Shown here piece after piece: positions 57,869 through 64,000 of a stretch of 64,000 nucleotides of DNA (position 1 is the stretch's first letter; each line of letters opens with the position of its first letter). Under the pieces are notes generated by a model, which did no database searches, had not been told where the DNA came from, and was given only the letters and a program-made list of their open reading frames with translations. Source of the stretch: Patescibacteria group bacterium (GTDB lineage: Bacteria > Patescibacteriota > Minisyncoccia > 2-02-FULL-40-12); contig JBBTXZ010000002.1 of the NCBI GenBank assembly GCA_038062015.1, forward strand, positions 1,266-65,265. The letters are read 5' to 3'. Made by a program: the position numbers and the translations under genes.

Positions 57869-58951
57869 TTATTTATTTATTAGCTTAAGATACTTGGCTT
57901 TGGATAAAGGTCCAAAGTAGCCGCTAGCCGGCGATATGTTGTTAGCTTTCTGCCAAGCGGCTACGGCCGCTTGAGTCACTGCTCCGAAACGACCAGTTGA
58001 ACCACCAGAATAAGTAAAATGCCCTGTAGTAGTCAGATAATCCTGCAAAGCCTTAACATCCGCGCCTTGAGAACCGACTGTCAGACTGCGGGTAAAATTA
58101 AAAGCAGCACCAAGAGCTTGAGGCGTCTGAACCGGAGTGGCCACCGGAACAGAAACAGAAGTAATTTTTGCCCTTGTTAACGGCCCAAAATAACCGCTCG
58201 CCGGGGGAACACCGTTAGCCACCTGCCATTTTGCCAAAGCCGTTTTGGTCAAAGAACCGAATAAATTGGTTTCACTACCCGGGGAACCGGGTCCGGAATT
58301 AGCAATTTTAAAACCTGCGGAGTTAAGGAATTTCTGCAAACTTTTAACGTCTTCTCCACTGGAACCAATAGTCAGGTTTCTGACAAATTGGGAAACTGAA
58401 GCTGGGCCTGATAATCCGGCTATCTTTGCCTGTAAGGCCGATATTTGAGAAGTTATCGCTTCTGCGCCTGCGGCCGGAGTTGGGGTCGGACTTGGAGTTG
58501 CTGAAGAAGTTGAGGAATCACTTCCGCCGCCAGTTCCGCCTCCGCCGCCTCCTCCACCACCACCACCAGTAAGAGTGGAACAACCGGACGAACTTGGTGT
58601 CACTTTTATCGTTCTCTGTCCGGAACCAGAAGGCAAGGTAATTGATATTTCAGAATAGGTGCTGGGGCAATTCTGACTAAGGCCGCCATCATTAGTCAAA
58701 ATTTTCCGGTCCGTTGATCTTAAAGTAAATGTCTGCCCTCCTGAAATTTTAAAGGTAAGAGTGGAGGTCTCGGTGCTTATTTCATCAGCGCTTGAACCGC
58801 CAATAATCGTAAAATTAGTAGATGATCCACCTATGGTTAGATTAATCGTGGTATCTTCCGGAAAAGTAAGGGCTGCGGCTGAGACTACGCCCGGAATTAA
58901 AAATAATGAAAGAACTAAAAAGAGATATGATTTTTTAATTAGTTTTTTCAT
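57869..58951 (-). CDS. exported protein with Gly/Ser/Thr/Pro linker and two peptidoglycan-binding domains
   Basis: signal peptide, poly-Gly, RNLTIGSSGEDVKSLQKFL..GYFGPLT and RSLTVGSQGADVKALQ..GYFGPLS. Confidence 0.88.
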   Translation of the reverse strand: MKKLIKKSYLFLVLSLFLIPGVVSAAALTFPEDTTINLTIGGSSTNFTIIGGSSADEISTETSTLTFKISGGQTFTLRSTDRKILTNDGGLSQNCPSTYSEISITLPSGSGQRTIKVTPSSSGCSTLTGGGGGGGGGGGTGGGSDSSTSSATPSPTPTPAAGAEAITSQISALQAKIAGLSGPASVSQFVRNLTIGSSGEDVKSLQKFLNSAGFKIANSGPGSPGSETNLFGSLTKTALAKWQVANGVPPASGYFGPLTRAKITSVSVPVATPVQTPQALGAAFNFTRSLTVGSQGADVKALQDYLTTTGHFTYSGGSTGRFGAVTQAAVAAWQKANNISPASGYFGPLSKAKYLKLINK

Positions 58952-59370
58952 TGTTTAAGTTTCGAATTGATAATCGTTTGGACTACTTGCGAATCCGGTT
59001 TTAAATTCTCCCAAAAAAGAATGTGATCTCGGTTAAGAATCATTTGATTCTTGGGGCTATGGGGTTCTGTTTCGCCCAATCTCACTAATCTACCGGAAGC
59101 AGAGCCCTCGCTTTCCAACTTAACATAATATACGTCCTCCAAAATCGGGTATTGCGAATCAATATCTCTTAATCTACCAAAATATATTTGCTTGTCATCA
59201 AGGAAAATCGCCTGATAAGTTGTTTGATCAATCCTCTCTTCTTCTCCGGCGCCTTTTAACAGCAACCAATATGCTTTAAAGCCCAAAACGAAAATCAATA
59301 ACAGCCCGACTATTACAGCCAGTCCCGTTAAAATTGGAGAAGATTGATTCTTTTTTAATAGCCACGCCAT
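58948..59370 (-). CDS. membrane-anchored conserved CPR protein (Sm-like fold)
   Basis: TM then YQAIFL..QIYFGRL..DVYY..LVRLG..E.HSP..M.LNRDHILFWENL..DSQV. Confidence 0.75.
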   Translation of the reverse strand: MAWLLKKNQSSPILTGLAVIVGLLLIFVLGFKAYWLLLKGAGEEERIDQTTYQAIFLDDKQIYFGRLRDIDSQYPILEDVYYVKLESEGSASGRLVRLGETEPHSPKNQMILNRDHILFWENLKPDSQVVQTIINSKLKQ

Positions 59371-59388
59371 TAAAACATCCGCTATAAC

Positions 59389-61035
59389 CTATCTGCAATC
59401 AGTCGTGTTTATAGTTAAAGTTGACCCGAAAAGCCTTAGATACTGAACCGTGCCAGCGGTGTTTGTCATGACAAGACAAACGCCCTTGGTAGTCGAGCTT
59501 GTTTCGAAAATGATACTCGTCGTGGCGGTTGAAACCTCGCCGACATTTAAGTTAGTCCCGACAGAAGCCGTGCCGCCAACCTCAAATATCGTATCCTGAT
59601 ATCCGGTGGTGCCCACCCGAGCTGCCCTTGTAACAGTCAGGTCGCCTTTAAACGAGTGGGAAGCAGCAGTATCAGCAATAAATCTGCCTGAAATCTGAAG
59701 GTTGGAAGAAATAGATGCCTTTGAGTCAAAAAAGGCATTTGAATCCACTTCAAGCAAACCCGTGACAAGAAGGTCGTTGGCTGCTGCTAAGGAGCGGGTG
59801 GTGGCGCCAGTACCAAATCTTGAGTATGCCACAGAGGCGTTGCCGGCAAACTGGGCCGCATTCTGAGAAAAGAAATAAGCGGCCGAGGCGGTAGCGTCAA
59901 AGTAAGTTCTATTTTGATGTTCAGTAAAACCGGTTATCAGCAAATCATTACTTGCTGATAGGCCGTGATTAGTCGTATCGGTGCCGAGTCGGGAATATGC
60001 CACTGACGCATTGCCGGCGAACTGAACAGCACCCGAAATCATCAAATTGGTTGCCGAGGCCGTGCCGCCGACTTCAAATTTGGTATCCAAATCAGTACCA
60101 GGGCTCACTCCCACTCTGGTGTTGCTTGTATCAATAATTAATATGTTGGTTGTCCCGGCTGTATTCTGGAATCTAAAGGCGGTGGCAGAATTGGAATTTG
60201 GCCTGAAACGGCCGTCATTCATTGTAAATACGCCTGAAACAGAAGCAGTGCCGCCGAAAGAAACCGAACCTCTAATTTCAACATCGCCCGAAACCAGAAG
60301 GTCATTGGATGCTGAAATATAATTGGCATGATTGGTGGTAGTGGTGCCGAAACGGGAATAGGCCACGGAGGCATTGCCGGCGACCTGCAAGGTATTGCCG
60401 GTTAAGAGGTAAGAAGCAGAGGCGGTGCCTTGAATTTCAGCCCGGTCATCCACTGTTAAGACACCATCAGCAGTGATTAAACCAATCCCGGTTAAGGCGC
60501 CAGTTGAAGAGATATCCCAGTCTGAAGTATTAACCTCCCCAGTATCACCATTATCTCCGAAGACGAATCTGCCCCCAGTCTGAAAGTTGCCAGAGATTGA
60601 AGCTTTACCGTCTAAGAAAGCATTACCATCTACTTCTAAGGCCCCGGAGATTAGAAGATCATTAGAAGCATCAAGGTCTGATGAGTAGCCAGTGGTAGCA
60701 GTGCCGAAACGAGAGTAAGCCACTGACGCATTGCCGGCGAACTGAACAGCACCCGAAATCATCAAGTTGGTTGCCGAGGCCGTGCCGCCGACTTCAAATT
60801 TGGTATCCAATGACCCGAAATTTACTCCCAATCTGGTACTGGTACCGTCAAAAACTAATAAATTAGTTCCTGATCCGTTTTGAAATCTTACTGCTGTCGC
60901 AGAACCACTATTAACCGTAAGAGTTCCGGTAGTGGACATATTGACGCCGATAGTTGAATCAGCCCAAGCTCCATTTATTAAAACAAAAGAAAACACCATC
61001 GACCCGACTGCGAGAAAAGAAATTAATTTTTTCAT
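59389..61035 (-). CDS. exported Ser/Thr/Gly-rich repetitive beta-strand surface/fibre protein
   Basis: signal peptide; 4x AGNASVAYSR, 3x FEVGGTAS, 4x NDLL; terminal Cys pair. Confidence 0.8.
   Translation of the reverse strand: MKKLISFLAVGSMVFSFVLINGAWADSTIGVNMSTTGTLTVNSGSATAVRFQNGSGTNLLVFDGTSTRLGVNFGSLDTKFEVGGTASATNLMISGAVQFAGNASVAYSRFGTATTGYSSDLDASNDLLISGALEVDGNAFLDGKASISGNFQTGGRFVFGDNGDTGEVNTSDWDISSTGALTGIGLITADGVLTVDDRAEIQGTASASYLLTGNTLQVAGNASVAYSRFGTTTTNHANYISASNDLLVSGDVEIRGSVSFGGTASVSGVFTMNDGRFRPNSNSATAFRFQNTAGTTNILIIDTSNTRVGVSPGTDLDTKFEVGGTASATNLMISGAVQFAGNASVAYSRLGTDTTNHGLSASNDLLITGFTEHQNRTYFDATASAAYFFSQNAAQFAGNASVAYSRFGTGATTRSLAAANDLLVTGLLEVDSNAFFDSKASISSNLQISGRFIADTAASHSFKGDLTVTRAARVGTTGYQDTIFEVGGTASVGTNLNVGEVSTATTSIIFETSSTTKGVCLVMTNTAGTVQYLRLFGSTLTINTTDCR
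59999..60810. repeat. 92-bp direct repeat, copies at 59999-60090 and 60719-60810
   Basis: 91/92 identical, 720 bp apart; the single difference is synonymous. Confidence 0.95.
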
Positions 61036-61069
61036 ACTAAAATTATAAAACTTATTACTAACAAAGACC

Positions 61070-61133
61070 TGTGGATAAATAATTATCCTTTAAAAGCATT
61101 ATATCAGGGAAAAAAACATTACACTGTGGATAA
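61070..61133. promoter_or_regulatory. two perfect DnaA boxes flanking an extended -10 promoter
   Basis: TGTGGATAA at 61070-61078 and 61125-61133; TGATATAAT on the minus strand at ~61098-61106. Confidence 0.7.
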
Positions 61134-61146
61134 CTTTAAAAGTAAA

Positions 61147-61247
61147 CCCCCACACCCTTACGGGTGTGGCATTGGCCGATACGCGCTTCGCGCGAACAGA
61201 AACCATTCATCCACGGGCTTACGCCCGTGGCATTCTGGGTGTGGGGG
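61147..61247. mobile_element. miniature inverted-repeat element, copy C (101 bp) with IS200/IS605-like hairpins
   Basis: CCCCCACACCC...GGGTGTGGGGG flanked by TAAA on both sides; two CCAC-N4-TTAC-N4-GTGGCATT hairpins. Confidence 0.8.
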
Positions 61248-61252
61248 TAAAG

Positions 61253-62377
61253 TTAAATCAATTCCTGTAGTCTTTCGGCATAATTTTTTATTGCCGATTT
61301 TTTTTCAAAACGAGTTGCTATTTCTATGGCCGACTCACTATATTTTTGAATTGATTCTTTAACAAAAAAATAACTTGCCTTTTTAGCAATATCTTCTGCA
61401 TCCCAATCTATTAATTGGCCAAGTTGGCCATCTTTAATGATATCGGCCACTATTCCGACCGGCGTGGCCAGTATTGGCAAACCGCAAGCCATTGCTTCTA
61501 CCACTACTCTTGGCCCGCCTTCATTATAAGAAGGCATCACTAGAATCTTTGACTGATTAAGTAGTCTGGCGACTTCATGCGAATCTTTAGCCCAACCGTG
61601 AAAAACAATATTATCTTTTAATCCCAACTTCTTACTTATTACTTCTAACTTCTTCCTTAATGGCCCATTTCCAATAACAAGCATTTTAAAATTTGAATTT
61701 TGGATTTTGAGCTTACTTGCTGCTTCCAGCAGCAAGTAAATCCCTTTATTTTTAGCCAGCCGGCCGACAAAAATTAAATCGTATTTTTTCTCCAAGTTCA
61801 TGGGCCTGAAAATATCCAAATCAATATAAATAGCCGGAATTAGTTTAATTTTTGATTCCGGAATTCCTAAATTTGCAAGTTTTTCGGCTATCTGACTATT
61901 CATTACTCTCACCGCTTTTGATTTTTTAGAGTCATATTTAATAAAAGAATAAAAAAGCAGCCGGTATATTTTTTCTTTCAGGCTCGCCGCTTTTGGATAA
62001 CCGGGGATATGGAAAATTTCCAAAATATAGGGGAGCTTAATTTTGCTCCATAATAATCTCGTACCGATGCCGTTATAAAACGGCGGATACTCATGAACTG
62101 TGACCAAATCGAATTTTTGTTCTCGGTAAATTTCGCGTCCTTTTTTGAGAATCCAAAAAGATTGGAAAATAAGCGGCCACGGCGACGGATGTAAAAAAAC
62201 ATTATCAAAAGGGGCGAGGGGCGACTCGACTGGGGATCCTCCAGCCCTTGGAATAATAATATCAATTCTTTCCCAGTATTTATGAAATTCTTCCAAAGTA
62301 TTATAAAAAGCACCCTTTTCCCCGGAAGCCAGATCAATGGCGCTGCCCCGCCCGGTTATCATTAATAATTTAGCCAT
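61253..62377 (-). CDS. GT4 glycosyltransferase
   Basis: FVGRLAKNKG, PSYNEGGPRVVVEAMACG. Confidence 0.92.
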   Translation of the reverse strand: MAKLLMITGRGSAIDLASGEKGAFYNTLEEFHKYWERIDIIIPRAGGSPVESPLAPFDNVFLHPSPWPLIFQSFWILKKGREIYREQKFDLVTVHEYPPFYNGIGTRLLWSKIKLPYILEIFHIPGYPKAASLKEKIYRLLFYSFIKYDSKKSKAVRVMNSQIAEKLANLGIPESKIKLIPAIYIDLDIFRPMNLEKKYDLIFVGRLAKNKGIYLLLEAASKLKIQNSNFKMLVIGNGPLRKKLEVISKKLGLKDNIVFHGWAKDSHEVARLLNQSKILVMPSYNEGGPRVVVEAMACGLPILATPVGIVADIIKDGQLGQLIDWDAEDIAKKASYFFVKESIQKYSESAIEIATRFEKKSAIKNYAERLQELI

Positions 62378-63578
62378 TTTTAATTAACGAATTTAGAATT
62401 TCAACCGTTTCATCGGCCATCTTTTCCACAGTGAATTTTTCGGCCGTCTTTTTCCCTTCTTCGATAAATTTTCCTCTGATATCTTCGTGATCAAAGAGAG
62501 CCTTAATTGCTTCAATAAGATTCAACTCGTCATTATACAAAACCATAAAACCGTTCTCCCCCTGTTTTATTAATTCCGGATTCCCGCCGGCGTTAGTGGT
62601 GACTACCGGCACACCAAGAGCCATCGCTTCTAAAAGCTGATGAGAAAAACCTTCATAGGCCGTATTCAAAACAAACATGTCAGCCGCGGCCAGGTAGATT
62701 TTCAATTCTTCCGGCGATTTCTTGCCGACCAAATAAACCTTATTCTGGAGGCCTAAATTATTTTTCATCGTTTCTAAAATCTCTTTGTCAGGGCCGTCGC
62801 CGACTATCACCAACCTCGCAAAATTATATTCTTTTATCAGTTCGGGCATTATTTTTATCAACATCTTAAATCCCTTCCAAGGCACGAGGCGGCCGGCCGA
62901 TAAAATTATGTTGCCGGAGATGCCGATTTCTTTCCTTGCTTTTTCCTTGCCTTGAGCCACCGGTTTAAAATCAGTCCCATTATAAATAACTTCTATATTC
63001 TTATCTTCCACGCCCCAATACCCGACTACCTTAGCTAAAAATTTAGACGGAACGATAATTTTATCGGCCGCGTGACAAACTTTCATCTGGATTTTTCTTA
63101 AAGTGTGGAACTTGCCGGAAACTTTTTTATTCTGAAAATCCAAGACGTCAATTATTGATTTTGTATCTGACTTATTATTTATTACTTTTAGCTTATTACT
63201 TATATGATATTGCTCCCAAGCATAGTCGCCGGTTATTTTGACGACGAATTTCTTTTTCAAAAACTTATTGGCCAAATAACTTGGATAGCCGGAGCTTGCC
63301 GGCCCCTGGGCATAAATGATATCGCTCGACTTGGCGACTTTCAGTAATTTTAAAAAATAACGGAGATAATTTACCGGTTTTCCGGGCCAGTCTTTAAGCC
63401 GGTGAATCCTGTAATCCGAAACGGCGTCTTCCGGATATTTTCTTTTTTTTGAACGAGTTACTAAATCAATACCAAAACCGCCCTCTTTTAATTTTGGGAG
63501 TATCGCTTTTAGATAACTTGACGGCCCGCCGATTTCCGGCCAGAAAGAACCAGCGGCTATAGTGATTTTTTTAGTCAT
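62370..63578 (-). CDS. GT4 glycosyltransferase
   Basis: PEIGGP, GRLVPWKG, YEGFSHQLLEAMALG. Confidence 0.92.
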   Translation of the reverse strand: MTKKITIAAGSFWPEIGGPSSYLKAILPKLKEGGFGIDLVTRSKKRKYPEDAVSDYRIHRLKDWPGKPVNYLRYFLKLLKVAKSSDIIYAQGPASSGYPSYLANKFLKKKFVVKITGDYAWEQYHISNKLKVINNKSDTKSIIDVLDFQNKKVSGKFHTLRKIQMKVCHAADKIIVPSKFLAKVVGYWGVEDKNIEVIYNGTDFKPVAQGKEKARKEIGISGNIILSAGRLVPWKGFKMLIKIMPELIKEYNFARLVIVGDGPDKEILETMKNNLGLQNKVYLVGKKSPEELKIYLAAADMFVLNTAYEGFSHQLLEAMALGVPVVTTNAGGNPELIKQGENGFMVLYNDELNLIEAIKALFDHEDIRGKFIEEGKKTAEKFTVEKMADETVEILNSLIKNG

Positions 63579-64000
63579 ATTTTAGTTAACAAGTTAAACC
63601 TGACTATATGCCAAATCGCGGCCAAACCGTCTTTCCAGTTTATCTTTTTCCCTTCTTCGTAAGTTCGGCCATAATATGATATGGGGATTTCAAAAACTCT
63701 GAATTTATTTTTCGCCGCCAAGGCGGTCAATTCAGGGTCTATCCCAAATCTATCAGATTCTATGACGGGAATAATTTTTTGGATTGCTTCTTTTGAAAAA
63801 ACTTTATAACAGGTATACATATCAGATAGCTTTAGTCCGCTCAAAAAACCAGAAAACCAGTTTAAAAAACGGCTGAACAAATATCCCCTTCTATAGATAA
63901 TTTTTGAATGAGAATTTTTTAAAAACCTCGAACCATAAACTGCATCAGCCCAGCCTTCAATTATTGGTTGAATTAATTTTGGATAATCGCTAGGATCGTA
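63575..64000 (-). CDS. GT2 glycosyltransferase (DPM-like), 5' end outside window
   Basis: open to the window edge: YDPSDY..ADAVYGSRF..DMYTCYK..RFGIDPE..GRTYEEGKKINWKDG. Confidence 0.9.
   Translation of the reverse strand, partial: YDPSDYPKLIQPIIEGWADAVYGSRFLKNSHSKIIYRRGYLFSRFLNWFSGFLSGLKLSDMYTCYKVFSKEAIQKIIPVIESDRFGIDPELTALAAKNKFRVFEIPISYYGRTYEEGKKINWKDGLAAIWHIVRFNLLTKI

Noticed and set aside
58524-58570. CCG/CCA triplet run as a contingency repeat
   Set aside because: Mixed Gly codons encoding a poly-Gly linker; length changes would stay in frame.
59999-60810. DGR template/variable repeat pair or CRISPR repeats
   Set aside because: Both copies are coding, with one silent mismatch and no adenine-specific variation; no reverse transcriptase, no spacer array, no cas genes.
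61126-61362. 78-aa ORF on the + strand
   Set aside because: Reads through the miniature element and overlaps the convergent GT; likely spurious.

Overview
AT-rich bacterial chromosomal window, inferred to be Patescibacteria/CPR (Parcubacteria-like) from its stand-alone VirD4-like ATPase pair, sigma-region-4/HARE-HTH fusion protein, Sm-like CPR protein and general lack of Shine-Dalgarno sites. About 0.3-11 kb holds housekeeping and export genes (VirD4-like ATPase, murD, secF, secA, secreted HEXXH peptidase). About 11-64 kb is one very large surface-glycosylation locus: initiating sugar transferase, flippase, four GT-C-type membrane transferases, about 12 soluble glycosyltransferases, NeuA/NeuB/KdsC-like nonulosonate genes, a gmd-colD-fcl-GT11 colitose-type set, a C-methyl-sugar module, six methyltransferases, a carbamoyltransferase trio and Ser/Thr-rich exported proteins. 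The least expected signal is below gene level. Several families of small DNA elements sit in frame inside proteins: a 55-bp block present twice in secA, a CCCCCACAC-ended miniature element with TAAA/TTTA flanks, REP-like hairpins, and period-7 tandem arrays with unrelated units. Also seen: an internally deleted gmhA remnant missed by the ORF track, two perfect DnaA boxes around a surface-protein promoter, and a split between leaderless-type genes and GC-richer SD-led genes. No rRNA, tRNA, CRISPR array, transposase, integrase or reverse transcriptase was recognised. All functional calls come from motif recognition by eye; no database search was run.
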